Of a stretch of 64,000 nucleotides of DNA, positions 37,290 through 59,821 are shown piece by piece (the first letter of the stretch is position 1; each line of letters begins with the position of its first letter). A program made the position numbers and the translations under genes. The notes beneath the pieces are model-generated. The model saw nothing but the letters and a program-made list of their open reading frames with translations, made no database searches and was not told the origin of the DNA. The DNA is from the human T2T-CHM13v2.0 reference genome, Homo sapiens, in NCBI RefSeq assembly GCF_009914755.1, contig NC_060935.1; one strand, given 5' to 3'.

Positions 37290-38130
37290 CACCTACTCGG
37301 CGTCCGGCCTTGTGCTGCGCGAGCGCCCAAGCCCAACTCCCCCACGGTCTCTGCTCCCGCCGCTGCGCCAGCAGGCCCCCCTCTTTCCCCGCGACTCTCC
37401 GAGAATAGCGGGGGTCCTTTTCCCCACCCGACACACAGAAGCCTCGGGCCACCCCCAGCTCTGCTCCCCGGGCCCACTCACCCTTCTGGTGGTCTCTGCT
37501 GCCAGGCGCCGCGAGACCCCGCGTCCCCGCTGCCCCGTCCCCCACGGGGGTCGTGTGGTGAGCGCCCAACTGCGATCGTTCGGCGACTCTGCCTTTCGCC
37601 ATGGCTGCTGCAAGGTGAAGGGAGCGGTGCGGTGCCGCGCCCCCTAAACAACAAAACTCTGTTGCAGGCTCCTTACTACGCCGAAGCGCCACGGCTAGAG
37701 CCACTTCCGGCGCGACCTCCTCACCCGAGACGACCTCAGCCCAGCGAGTACTGCAACCTCCTGCAAACACCCGCAGCGCCCACCACAGGCTAAACCCCGC
37801 CCCGTGCCGCCCCCGAGCCTCGCGTGCTCGCGCCGGCCCAGTAACCGCGAGACAAGTCAGGGTCCTGGACCGCCCCCTTCAGTGCCCCGCCCCGGCCCGC
37901 CCGCGGGAAAGAGGTGGCCGCCGGGCGCTGGGGCGAGAGCATGCGCAGTCGCGGCACTCGAGTCACCCGGCTGCGACTCGCTGGCCCTGGCGTCTAAAGC
38001 GTAGCCTTAATTACCCGGAAGTGCGGTCCCAGGGACTTCAAACCTTTTGTCCAGGCCGCCGGAAGTGCCTGTGATTAGTCGGCATTTCGCGGCTGAGGCT
38101 GATTCAGCCCATTACATCAATTCCGCAGCT
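37290..38130 (-). promoter_or_regulatory. CpG island / TATA-less housekeeping promoter of TMEM41B
   Basis: High GC and CpG density. ETS/GABPA CCGGAAGTG at 37710-37702 (-), 38015-38023 and 38059-38067; NRF1-like TGCGCATGCTC at 37947-37937; GC boxes at 37795-37803 and 37885-37893. Confidence 0.9.
37482..37602 (-). CDS. TMEM41B: TMEM41B coding exon 1 (121 nt; MAKGRVAERS...RDHQK)
   Basis: ATG at 37602-37600 in strong Kozak context (GCAGCC ATG G). Translation matches the TMEM41B N-terminus as I recall it. Donor AAGG|GTGAGT at 37481. Confidence 0.97.
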
Positions 38131-38437
38131 GCTGTCTTCAATTTGGAGGCGCCAGAGAGTGCTTGATCTAAAAGATGGTGGGAAATACAAAGGTTGAGCA
38201 AAACCTACCTGAATTTCAGGAAACTAAGGCTCAGAGAGGGCTACGTACAACCTGTGAAGATCACAGGATGGCAAAAATGGGCTTAGAATCCAGGTTGTCC
38301 TGTTCCCAAAGCTAACGGTTTTGCATTAGCTGCTGCCCCTTACTACTAAACCCAAGTCAGCTCTACATTTAGCTTATCCCTAAGCTAAGCGGAAACATGC
38401 CTTTTCCACAGGTAACTTTTTCTGCTTCTACCCCTCA

Positions 38438-38671
<234 letters not shown>

Positions 38672-40354
38672 TCAGGAGAATCGCTTGAACCCCGGAGGCT
38701 GAGGTTGCGGTGAGAAATTGCACCGCTGCACTCCAGCATAGACCACAAAGCAAGACTCCGTCCCAAAAAAAAAAAAAAAAATCCTGATTGTTTCTATTCA
38801 GTAATTACATTTGTAGGAAATTATTCCATGAAAATAAACATAAATAATTCCTCTGTATTAGTATAACAGTGAAAAACTAAAAGCAATATAAAAATCCAAC
38901 ACTAAATAAAAATGGTTAAGTAAATTATGGGAAACCCATTCAATTGAACTGTTTTATGTACACATCCTTTGCCTACTTCTGGCTCCCATTTTATTTCCTT
39001 CATAGTCATTAAAAGCAATTAATTCTGTGAACTATTTGTTTACTTGTTTATTGTCTGCCTCCACCTTTAGAATATAAGCTTTAAGGCAGGGGCTTTGTCT
39101 TTTTGTTTTTTGTTTTTTTAAGTGATGGGAATCTCACTATATTGTCCAGGCTGGATCTGAACTTCTGGACTCAAGGGATCCTCAAGCATCAGCCCTCTGA
39201 GTAGCTGGGACTACAGGCTCCATGCTATGGCTCCCAGCTGGGCTTTGTCTTTTTGATCACCATTGTATCCCCGGTAGCTGACAGAGTGCCAATACCTAAG
39301 TGGCCATTCAATGAATTTGTTGAATAATTTTTTTTTTTGAGATGGTGCCCAGCCGAATAAATTTTCAATCTTAGGAAATTATATTTATGGGCCAGGTGCC
39401 ATGGCTTACACCTGTAATTTCAGCACTTTGGGAGACCAAGGTGGGCGGATCACCTTGAGGTCGGGAGTTCAAGTCAAAAAAAAAAAAAAAGAAAACATTT
39501 TATATATTTTACTATGCAAACATTAAAAATTGAAGTACAACAAAAACTAAAAACAAACACTGAGAAGTATTTGACACATAAGAATTACTACAAATCAGTA
39601 AGGAAAGCACAACTCAACAGAAAAATGGGCAAAGAATATGAATTATCAACACACAGAAGAAAAAATTAAATGTGCTTAAGACATCTGAGTGCGCAGTGGG
39701 AAAGCCAACTCCAAAACTTAGGAAATTCCAAAAAATTAGGAAAAGATGAACAACCTCAGTGCAGTGTGATAAGAGTGACTGAGGGGTGCGCAGATTGCAA
39801 TAGCAGAAGAGAGGAATATCTAAATTACAGTGGGGCTGTAAAGTCTCCCAGGAAGCAGGATTAAAACTGATTTTTAGAGGATGAATAGGAATTAACAAAG
39901 TTGAAAGCAGAGAAAATAGCTTTTGCAAAGGCTAGAAGCTACTGCTTATATTAGAAAAAAAGCTTCAAGCAAAGGGTGGGAGAATGGAAAGAAATGCTAC
40001 GAAAGATATGAGACCAGGACCTTATCACAAACTGCTAAAAGTTTGAACTTAATCCTCAAAGATATTTAACCAGAGAGGGACTTAGTAAGATTTGTATTTT
40101 TGGCCGGGCACATTGGCTCACCCCTGTAATCCCAGCACTTTGGGAGGCTGAGATGGTTGGATCACCTGAGGTCAGGAGTTCAAGACCAGTTTGAAAACCC
40201 GTCTCTACTAAAAGTACAAAAAATTAGCTGGGTGTGGCCGGGTGTGGTGGCTCACGCCTGTAATCCCAGCACTTTGGGAGGCCGAGGTGGGCGGATCACG
40301 AGGTGGGGAGATCAAGACCATCCTGGCTAATATGGTGAAACCCCGTCTCTACTA

Positions 40355-40707
<353 letters not shown>

Positions 40708-41367
40708 TTATTCTGACCGCCTTATGGAAGTGTGCCAAATCAACAGCAGAAAGAGAAGTTAGGAGATTACTGCAATAATCCTGGCCTGACCTAGCATAGT
40801 GTACTGGAGACAAAAAGAAGATACCAGATATAAGATTATGTATGAGAAGAACTATCTCTAAACTTTTATTACTTTAATTACATGAATATATACATAGTCA
40901 TTCCAGACAAAATTTTTTTTTTTTTGAGATGGAGTTTCACTCTTATTGCCACGCTGGAGTGCAATGGCATGATCTTGGCTCGCGGAAACCTCCGCCTCCC
41001 AGTTCAAGCGATTTTCCTGCCTCAGCCTCCCAAGTAGCTGGGATTACAGACATGTGCTACCACGCCCGGCTAATTTTGTATTTTTAGTAGAGGGGGGTTT
41101 CTCCATGTTGATCAGGCTGGTCTCGAACTCCCGACCTCAGGTGATCTGCCCACCTCGGCCTCCCAGTGCTGGGATTACAGCCGTGAGCCACCACGCCCAG
41201 CCTCCAGACAAATATTGAAAAAGCAAATTATCAGACAGAAAAACATTAAGTCCAGGCAGGGTGGGTCATGCCTGTGATCCCAGCACTTTCGGAGGCTGAG
41301 GAGGGCGGATTGATTGGGCTCAGGGGTTTGAGACCAGCCTAAGCAACATGGTGAAACCCTGTCTCTA

Positions 41368-41544
<177 letters not shown>

Positions 41545-41562
41545 TTAAAATCATGTCTAATA

Positions 41563-43172
41563 TGTTAGCAGCAGCAAATCCGTACGGGTCTGTAGCAACC
41601 TCAATTCTTGCTTCCTCAGAAGAATTCGACCGAAGGGCATAAGGCAGAGTGAGAAACCAAGGCAAGTCTTAGAGGAGTGAAAGTTTATTAAAAAGCTTTA
41701 GAGAAGGAATAAAAAGAAGCAAAGTACACTTGGAAGAGGACCAACAGGTGACTTAAGAGATCAAGTGCACGGTTTGACCTTTACTTGGGGTCTTATACAT
41801 TGGCCCAGGGTTATTTCTCCCCTGATTCTTCCCTTGGGATGGGCTGTCCACATGTGCAGTGGCCTGCCAGCACTTGGGAGGGGTTACATGCACAATGTCT
41901 TTACTGAAGTTGCACATGAAGGGGTGGGTTGCCCCTCCACACCTGTGGGCATTTCTCATTAGGTGGAACGAGAGACTTGGAAAAGAAAGAGACACAGAGA
42001 CCAAGTATAGAGAAAGAAAAAGGGGCCCAGGGGACTGGCGTTCAGCATGTGGAGGATCCACGCCGGCACCAGCCTCTGAGTTCCCTTAGTATTTATTGAT
42101 CATTATCGGGTGTGGCAGGATAATAGGATAATAGTGGAGAGAAGGTCAGAAGGTAAACACGTGAACAAATGTCTCTGCATCATAAACAAGCTAAAGAAAA
42201 AAGTGCTGTGCTTTTGATGTGCATATACATAAACATTTCAATGCCTTAAGGAGCAGTATTGCTGCCAGCATGTCCCGACTCCAGCCCTAAGGTGGTTTTC
42301 CCCTATCTCAGTAGATGGAATATACAATCGGCTTTACACCGAGACATTCCATTGCCCAGGGACCAGCAGGAGACAGAAGCCTTCCTCTTATCTCAACTGC
42401 AAAGAGGCGTTCCTTCCTCTTTTACTAATCCTCCTCAGCACAGACCCTTTACGGGTGTCGGGCTGGGGGACGATCAGGTCTTTCCCTTCCCATGAGGCCG
42501 TATTTCAGACTATCACATGGGGAGAAACCTTGGACAATATCTGGTTTTCCTAGGCAGAGGTATTGTGTCTCTGGGTACTTGAGTTTAGGGAGTGGTGATG
42601 ACTCTTAACAAGCATGCTGCCTTCAAGCATTTGTTTAACAAAGCACACCCTGCACAGCCCTTGATCCACTAAACCCTGAGTTGACACAGCACATGTCTTA
42701 GGGAGCACAGGGTTGGGGGTAGGGTTACAGATTAACAGCATCTCAAGGCAGAAGAATTTTTCTTAGTACAGAACAAAATGGAGTCTCTTATGTCTACTTC
42801 TTTCTACGCAGACACAGTAACAATCTGATCTCTCTTTTCCCCATAGCACACATGCTCACATGAGGCAGTTTTTCCTTTACCAGTCCAGTGTTCCTAGAGG
42901 AAGGTCATACACAACTTAAATTCTGCCATTTTGCTTCTTAGTGTGCATACTTGAGCCGGAGATGTTACCGAGAAGCTGCCAATCATCAGTTTCAGGGTTT
43001 TTTCTATTTGTTGGGAGACTGCCTTTCCCTGGTGCCAGCTGCGACCAATTATTGTTTTAGGAAGGCAGTTTAATGGCCACCTGACCAACAACTGATGGTC
43101 GCCTGACATTCCTGGTGAAGTGGAGAGGCCCTCTCCTGCCCTCTCATGTCTGATTAGCTACCTTCTGTAACA
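41563..43172 (-). mobile_element. ERV1-class solo LTR (LTR9/MER61-like), split by the LTR5 insertion
   Basis: TG...CA termini (TGTTAG at 41563, TGTAACA ending 43172); AATAAA at 41689-41684; the two halves rejoin across the GCACA TSD. Subfamily assignment is from memory. Confidence 0.8.
41917..42845 (-). mobile_element. HERV-K(HML-2) LTR5 solo LTR (LTR5A/B-like), 929 bp
   Basis: On the minus strand it begins TATGGGGAAAAGAGAGATCAGATTGTTACTGTGTC and ends GGAGGGGCAACCCACCCCTTCA; AATAAA at 42097-42092; 5-bp TSD GCACA at 41912-41916 and 42846-42850. Confidence 0.92.
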
Positions 43173-43346
43173 ATACCACCATCCATAGATAATTGTAATA
43201 TTGGGATTTATCCTCCTGGGATATTAAAAAATGTTAAAGAAGTAGAATCTAGAGGATTTAGTGTCACTTAATATCCTTAGACAAAGATGTTAGTCAGAGG
43301 GGAGGCACTAGGTGTTTGGAGAGTTTCTGGTTTAGGAGGTTGAATG

Positions 43347-44044
<698 letters not shown>

Positions 44045-44607
44045 TAGGAATAACGGCGGTAAGAGACCACAGGAAGAGGAGTTGGATTAAAGGAAAAGTT
44101 GTTAAATTTTGTTGTGATGGTCTTGAACTCCTGGACTCAGCAATTTTTCCACCTCAGCCTCCCAAGTAGCTGGGATTACAGGGATGAGCCAATACCACAC
44201 CTGGCCTCTCGGATACTTTCTATTCTTACTTCCTGACTCCTGCCACCTTTTCTCAGCTAAAACTTCTCTTATTATGGTAACCAATGAGCTTATTTTTGTT
44301 GCCTTCAGTTAGTTTCTAGTTATTTCTCCTCTGCATTGCTTAATCCATTAACTGTTCCATCCTTCATGGTTTCCATGATAGTTCTCTAAACACTTGAAGG
44401 AAACTCTTCTTTTCCCTACTGCTTAAAGGCCAATATTTCCCCCAGGGTATCCACTCTGCCATGCGATAAGAGTCAATGACTCTCATTGCAAGGCTCAGTG
44501 GCTCACGCCTGTAATCCCAGCACTTTGGGAGGCCGAGGCGGGTGGATTGCTTGAGGTCAGGAGTTCAAGACCAGCCTGGCCAACATGGTGAAGCCCTGTC
44601 TCTACTA

Positions 44608-44754
<147 letters not shown>

Positions 44755-44954
44755 CTAAACTCCATCCAAAAAAAAAAAAGAAAAAAGAAAAAGAAAAGAA
44801 AAAAAAGAGCCTATGACTCTTTCTTTCTTTTTTTTTTTTTTTTTTTTGAGACAGAGTCTCACTCTGTCGCCGAGGCTGGAGTGCAGTGGGGCGATCTCAG
44901 CTCACTTGAACTTCCGGGTTCAAGCGATTCTCCCACCTCAGCCTCCCAGAGTAG

Positions 44955-45278
<324 letters not shown>

Positions 45279-45628
45279 TGAGCCACCACGCCCGGCCTCA
45301 CCTATGACTCTTTCTAGGCAACATCTAGGTCATGACTTCAACAACCGCGTATTATACACAGATGACAAATGTTTATCTTAAATGCCAGAATGATATACAT
45401 AGAACTTAATACACATTTACGCCAGGGTGTACCACGAACATCTCAAATTCAGCATATCCAAATCTGAAATGAATATATTACCTCTCAAACTTTATCCACT
45501 CCCTGTATTCACAGACGTTGCAGATGACACCACGAGCTCCCCTTTTGCTCAGGCAAATCTAAGAATTCTCATTTAACATTTGTTAAATTCAACTTGTGAA
45601 ATGAATGAATGAATTCCTTCTTGTCCTT

Positions 45629-46332
<704 letters not shown>

Positions 46333-46528
46333 TAGTAGAGACGGGGTTTCACCAGTTGGCCAGGCTGATCTCAAACTCCTGACCTCAGGTGATCCACCCG
46401 CCTCAGCCTCCCAAAGTGCTGGAATTACAGGTGTGAGCCACAGTGCCCAGCCTCCTTACTCTTTCTTTATTTAGATATCATGATTTCTCTTCTTATTCAC
46501 CTCTAATCAGTTTTCCATATTGTTGCTA

Positions 46529-46807
<279 letters not shown>

Positions 46808-46841
46808 CTAGGCAACAGCAAGACTCTGTCTCAAAAAAGAA

Positions 46842-46877
<36 letters not shown>
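46842..46877. repeat. (AAT)~12 microsatellite from an Alu tail
   Basis: Direct reading. Confidence 0.9.
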
Positions 46878-47426
46878 CTTGAAGCCCTTCATGATCTGAC
46901 ATAACCTCAAATGATCCAGCTGACTTTGAATCCAACATGAATGAACAAATGAATGAATGAGTGAAACAATTTTGAACCACATGTAGTAAGTACCCTGAAC
47001 ATGTCATACTCATTTGTGTTTCTGTGTCCTTGCAGGAGTTAACTCTTTGCCTTTAATGTCTTTTTTTTTTTTTGAGACAGAGTCTTGCACTGTCGCCCAG
47101 GCTGGAGTGCAGTGGTGCGATCTCAGCGCACTGCAAGCTCTGCCTCCCAGGTTCACACCATTCTCCTCCCTCAGCCTCCTGAGTAGCTGGGACTACAGGT
47201 GCCTGCCACCACGCCCAGCTAATTTTTTGTACTTTTAGTAGAGACGGGGTTTCACCGTGTTAGCCAGGATGGTCTCGATCTTCTAACCTCGTGATCTGCC
47301 CACCTCAGCCTCCGAAAGTGCTGGGATTACAGGTGTGAGCCACCGCACCCAGCCTGCCTTTAATGTTTTCTGCTTAGTGTTTCCTAAGATCAACTACTGC
47401 TTATCTTTGAAGAGTTGACTTAAGGT

Positions 47427-47508
47427 CAACTCTTGTCCTGATAGGTACATTCTCTCCTGGATTGCCACAACTCTTGTCCTGATAGGTACATTCTCTCCTG
47501 GATTGCCA
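47427..47508. repeat. Perfect 41-bp tandem duplication
   Basis: CAACTCTTGTCCTGATAGGTACATTCTCTCCTGGATTGCCA twice (47427-47467, 47468-47508). Confidence 0.95.
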
Positions 47509-47704
47509 CTATTTTTGTAATTATCTAATTATATTTTAATGACTTCTTATCTGCCACCAAACTATAAGCGCCCTTTGGTGATTCAGGACAGTGCCTTTCT
47601 CAACATGTTTTTGTACAATGAAGGCCTTTGAAATACATGAAAGCTTTCCAAATGCCTATAAACACTACAGCATTAAATATGAGTCTGTTGCTCAGCAGAG
47701 ATTA

Positions 47705-47887
<183 letters not shown>

Positions 47888-47934
47888 TCACGCCTGTAAT
47901 CCCAGCATTTTAGGAGGCCGAGGCGGGCAGATCA

Positions 47935-48198
<264 letters not shown>

Positions 48199-48256
48199 TC
48201 ACCTGAGGTACGGAGTTCAGGACTAGCCTGGCCAACGTGGAGAAACCCTGTCTCTA

Positions 48257-50250
<1,994 letters not shown>

Positions 50251-50822
50251 GTATGGCTAGGCACCGTGGCTCATGCCTGTAATCCCAGCACGGTGGGAGA
50301 CAGAGGCAGGCAGATCTCACCTGAGGTCAGGAGTTCCAGACCAGCCTGGTCAACATGGCTAATCCCCAACTCTACTAAAAATACAAATATTAGCCAGATG
50401 TGGTGGCACACACCTGTAATCCCAGCTACTCAGGAGTCTGAGGCAAGAGAATCACTTGAACCTGGCAGTCAGAGGTTGCAGTGAGCCAAGATCGTGCCAC
50501 TGCACTCCAGACTGGGTGACAAAGGAAGACTTCGTCTCAAAACAAAAACAAAAACAAAACAAATTCCAGGCCAGGTGCAGTGACTCACGCCTGTAATCTC
50601 AGCAATTTGGGAGGCCGAGGTGGGTGGATCATCCGAGGTCGGGAGTTTAAGACCAGGCTGGCCAATATGTTGAAACCCCGTTTCTACTAAAAATACAAAA
50701 AAAAGGCCAGGCACTGTGGCTCACACCTGTAATCCCAGCACTTTGGGAGGCAGAGGCAGGCGGATCATGAGGTCAGGAGATCGAGACCATCCTGGCTAAC
50801 ACAGTGAAACCCCATCTTACTA

Positions 50823-51017
<195 letters not shown>

Positions 51018-51281
51018 TCATGGTGCATGCCTATAATCCCAGCTACTTGGTAGGCTAAGGCGGGCGAATCACTTGAACCCAGGAAGCAGAGATTGTGGTG
51101 AGACAAGATCGGTCCACTGCACTCCAGCCTGGGCAACAGGGTGAGACTCCGTCTCGAAAAAAAAAAAAAAAAAAAAATCCTAGCTAGATTGTTTGCAGAA
51201 TTTGACAAGCTGATCCTAAAATTCATATGAAATCCAGGGGACCCCCAATAGCCAAAGCAATCTTTTTTTTTTTTTTTTTGA

Positions 51282-51386
<105 letters not shown>

Positions 51387-51764
51387 TGAGTAGCTGGGAT
51401 TACAGGTGCCTGCCATCGCGCCCAACTAATTTTTGCATTTTTAGTAAAGATGGGGCTCACCAGGTTGTAAAGGCTGGTCTCGAACCCCTGACCTCAGGTG
51501 ATCCACCCACCTTGGCCTCCTAAAGTGCTGGGATTACAGGCGTGAGCTGCCACGCCCCGCCTATATTGTATTTTCTGAAGTTTTTGCAATTGGTTTGTGT
51601 TACCTTAATAATTAGAATAAAGCAATTAAAGCAAAAAGATTTTAAATGCTTGTAATGTTAGTGGGCATACAATTTTTGCTATGCTTCTTTAATTTAATAT
51701 CATGTGGGCACAGTGGCTCACGCCTGTAATCCCAGCACTTTGGGAGGCCAAGGTGGGTGGATCA

Positions 51765-52153
<389 letters not shown>

Positions 52154-52402
52154 CTAAGGTGGGAATGGAAATAGTTTAGAAACAGAAAAAGAAGAGCAGT
52201 TTCTCAGAGAGCCAAAGAAGGAGGATGTTGTCCTAAAAATAGATTAGAATGTGGTGGCTGGAGTCAGGCATTCTGAACTAATCTTCAAGTCTTACTATTC
52301 AGGAAGCTGTCAGACAAGGCAGACCAAAAGCCAATAGGATCAGGTCCCTGGAAACCAGCTGGTGAAGCTGGAAAGAAGAAGCCGACTATGGTTGCAGGGT
52401 AG

Positions 52403-52768
<366 letters not shown>

Positions 52769-53393
52769 TAGGCTGGTCTCAAACTCTTAAGCTCAAGTGA
52801 TCCTCCCATCTAGGCCTCCCAAAATGCTGGGATTACAGGTGTGAACCACTGCACTTGGCCTCAGCTGGCCTTTCATTTGTACTGGGTGGAGAGAGTGCTG
52901 GACAGGAGTCCAGGTGGTTCAGGCTTTGAGGCTTGGCCCTCTGCCCCATTTCACTTGATGCTATCTGCCCAGGCCAGTAAATAATTCTAGTATCTAAATA
53001 GTCTAAATTATCTGAACAAAACGGAATATTATTACCTTTTAAAAAGAACAGCTTTATTTTCTATTTATTTTTTTCATAGAACATATCATCAATCATCATT
53101 ATATTACATGGCATATTTGCTTGGATTTATTTGTTTTATGGTCCCTCCCTAGCTGGAATCTAAGCTCCATGAGGTCAGGGGACTTTTTCTGCTTCCTTCA
53201 CTGCTGTCTTTTCAAAGCTTAGGAGAATCCCTGGCACATTATTGTTCAGAAGATCTTTGATGAGTTTGTTGCCAAAAAAAAAAAAATTGTTAACAAAAGG
53301 TCAAATAGTAAAGTTCAAAAAGTAAAAGTTGGCTGGGCACAGTGCCTCACACCTGCAATCCCAGCACTTTGGGAGGCCAAGGCGGGAGGATCA

Positions 53394-53606
<213 letters not shown>

Positions 53607-54624
53607 TCAAAAAAAAAAAAAAAAAGGAAAAATTAAGAGTCCCTATCCATATCTTTATCTAATTCCACTTCCCTAAAATAGCCACTATAACATTTCTGTG
53701 TGCAACATTAATCCTAGAACAATCTGTCTTGTTTACTTCTGTATATCCTAAGCAGAGAACAGTGCCTGGCATACATCAAAGTACTTAATAAAAACGATTT
53801 GAAAATTCACTGAATGAGTTGTAAGCAGTTTTGAGGTTGGGGTGGCATGGTTAGCAAGAAGGGTTGGCAGCTGTAGGCTATCTCCCCAAACAAGTTACGG
53901 TGAGCTCCTTGAGTTAGCCATTCATTTATGCACCCCAAGTACCCAGAAGTATGCCGGAACACTCTACCATTTATTTATTGAGCACTTACACAATTACCCA
54001 ATCATATACTGTCAAGAGGAATTTGATACTGCAACCTGCTACACTACTTCTGACTTCCTTGAATAAGGCTCCCTGCCCTATTAAACTGGCCCAATGCCTT
54101 CCTACCAAAGCATGTGGCCTCAGGGCAGAACTCCTACCCCAAGGGGATCTCTCTGCCTCTTGGCTACTGACCAGGCCGGAAGACACGGACACTCATACTC
54201 ATGTCCAGCATGTCTGGATGGGACATTGCCCAGTTAGAACCTCTAAGAGACAGTGATCTGTCAACATCTCTTTGTGAGGGTGTTGATTCGCTCCTTTTGG
54301 GGGGCTTCGTCTGAGAGCTAGCTTCTCTGTGGAAAAGGCAGTCAAAGCCGGATGTGAGCAACTCAGTCACACTGAAAATACAAGGTTGAAGCACCAACCT
54401 GGAATGTAGCAATTTACAGCTGTCACACCACAATCACTAAGTGAAATCACATTTTGCACCAGACTTCCAAAGACATAATCATATGAAAACTATTTTTATT
54501 GCTTTGAAAGATTGGCAAAAGCTGTTTGCCTCAAATGTAAGAAAGTCTACTATAAGATTTCTGTTGAGAAGCACAAATATACAAGGCAAAGTGGTTCTTT
54601 TCTTTCTTTCTTTCTTTCTTTTGA

Positions 54625-54783
<159 letters not shown>

Positions 54784-55018
54784 TAGTAGAGACGGGGTTT
54801 CTCCATGTTGGTTGGGCTGATCTCAAACTCCTGACCTCAGGTGATCTGCCCGCCTCGGCCTCCAAAAGTGCAGGGATTATAGGTGTGAGCCACTGTGCCC
54901 AGCCCAAAGTGGTTATTTTCTATTTTACATCAGAATACATTTAATTATCAATAAAGTGATATACTAAGCATAGAAGAGTGACTTAGGTGGAATCCTTGAT
55001 AGTTAATAACTTTATTAA

Positions 55019-55270
<252 letters not shown>

Positions 55271-55437
55271 TAGTAGAGACGGGGTTTCACCACGTTAGCC
55301 AGGATGGTCTTGATCTCCTGACCTCGTGATCCACCCGCCTCGGCCTCCCAAAGTGCTAGGATTACAGGCGTGAGCCACCGCACCGGGCCAGGACTGGTAC
55401 ACTTTTAGGCTCCGATTCAGCTTTGTTTTCTTCTTCA

Positions 55438-56132
<695 letters not shown>

Positions 56133-56601
56133 AATTATATATATACACATACATATATATATATTTGCATATTATGCTTAAGGCCTACAGTTTTTATATA
56201 CTTAGTATCCTTTTCCTCCTTCCTATGATTACAGACCTATCACATTGCCTCCTCCCAATCAAGGGACCTCTTTACCTGGCCACAGTAAGTGATCCAAGGC
56301 AATGGTGATAACTCAAAGCATTTAATAGTCGGCAGGTCAAAGGTTGTTACCAATCAGAGTAGACACTAGATAGACGGTGGTACCTGGGCACACTGGTTGA
56401 ATATAAGTGCTGGTCCAAATGTTGGCATGTGACACGGGATGAGCCAATCCAAGTCCTTCCCGTGGATTTTTGAAATTAGTCTGAAAAAATAGTGAGAGAT
56501 TCCACAGGCTGTGAAGTCCTAGGGTAAGCTTCACTTCTCCCTTTCTCAGGGTTTGTTTATATGAACCAACAAATTACCCCTCTGGCCAGGTGCAGTGCTC
56601 A

Positions 56602-56976
<375 letters not shown>

Positions 56977-57016
56977 TTATTTTCCCAGAATTTTTTTTTC
57001 TTTTTTTTTTTTTTGA

Positions 57017-57201
<185 letters not shown>

Positions 57202-57438
57202 TAGCCAACCTGGTCTGGTACTCCTGACCTCAAGTGATCCGCCCACCTTGGCCTCCTAAAGTGCTAGAATTACAGGGGCAAGCCACCACATCTGGCTATT
57301 TTTCCAGAATTTAATTAACGATATAAAACATTATTATTATTATTATCATTATTACTACTATAGAATTAGATTTCTGGCCGGGCATGGTGGCTCAGGCCTG
57401 TAATCCCAGCACATCGGGGGGCTGAGGCAGGCAGATCA

Positions 57439-57699
<261 letters not shown>

Positions 57700-57763
57700 C
57701 TAGCACTTTGGGAGGCCGAGGAGGGCGGATCACGAGGTCAGGAGTTAGAGACCATGCTGGCTA

Positions 57764-57967
<204 letters not shown>

Positions 57968-58027
57968 CTACTAGACTTGTGGTTTTGCTAATTTAGTCTT
58001 CTCTCCAAAACAAACAATTAAAAATTA

Positions 58028-58371
<344 letters not shown>

Positions 58372-58803
58372 TCACTCTGTCGCCCAGGCTGTAGTGCAGT
58401 GGCACGATCTCGGCTCACTGTAAGCTCCGCCTCCCGGGTTCAAGCCATTCTCCTGCCTCAGCCTCCAAGTAACTGGGACTACAGGCACCCACCACCACGC
58501 CCGGCTAATTTTTTTTTTTTTTTTTTTTTTTTTTGTATTTTTAGTAGAGACGGGATTTCACTGTGTTAGCCAGGATGGTCTTGATCTCCTGACCTTGTGA
58601 CGCCCACCTCGGCCTCCCAAAGTGCAGGGATTACAGGCGTGAGACATCGCGCCCGGCTAAAAATAAAAATTAATAGAAAAGTTGGCCAGATGTGGTGGCT
58701 CATGCCTGTAATCCCCGCGCTTTGGGAGGCTGAGATGGGTGGATCACTTGAGGCCAGGAGTTCGAGACTAGCCTGGCCAACAGAGTGAAACCTATCTCTA
58801 CTA

Positions 58804-59052
<249 letters not shown>

Positions 59053-59058
59053 CTACTA

Positions 59059-59292
<234 letters not shown>

Positions 59293-59508
59293 TCATCTCT
59301 CTCCCTGACCTCTTGCCCAGAACAGGGAAGGGGACAAGGTATGCCAGGGCATGGCCTGGCCTCCACCTGCCTTCCAGGGCACCAGAGTGGGAGAAGGATT
59401 GAAAATGTCAACTTGGCCGGGCACGGTGGCTCACGCCTGTAATCCTAGCACTTTGGGTCGCCGAGGCGGGTGGATCACGAGGTCAGGAGATCAAGACCAC
59501 CCTGGCTA

Positions 59509-59821
<313 letters not shown>

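Noticed and set aside
37260-38004. Antisense ORFs across the CpG island (177 aa, 111 aa, 66 aa)
   Set aside because: Stop-poor GC-rich DNA; Pro/Ala/Arg low-complexity translations with no recognisable family.
41559-43176. TSD for the outer ERV1 LTR
   Set aside because: Flanks (AATA versus ATAC) share only 3 bp, so no TSD is claimed.
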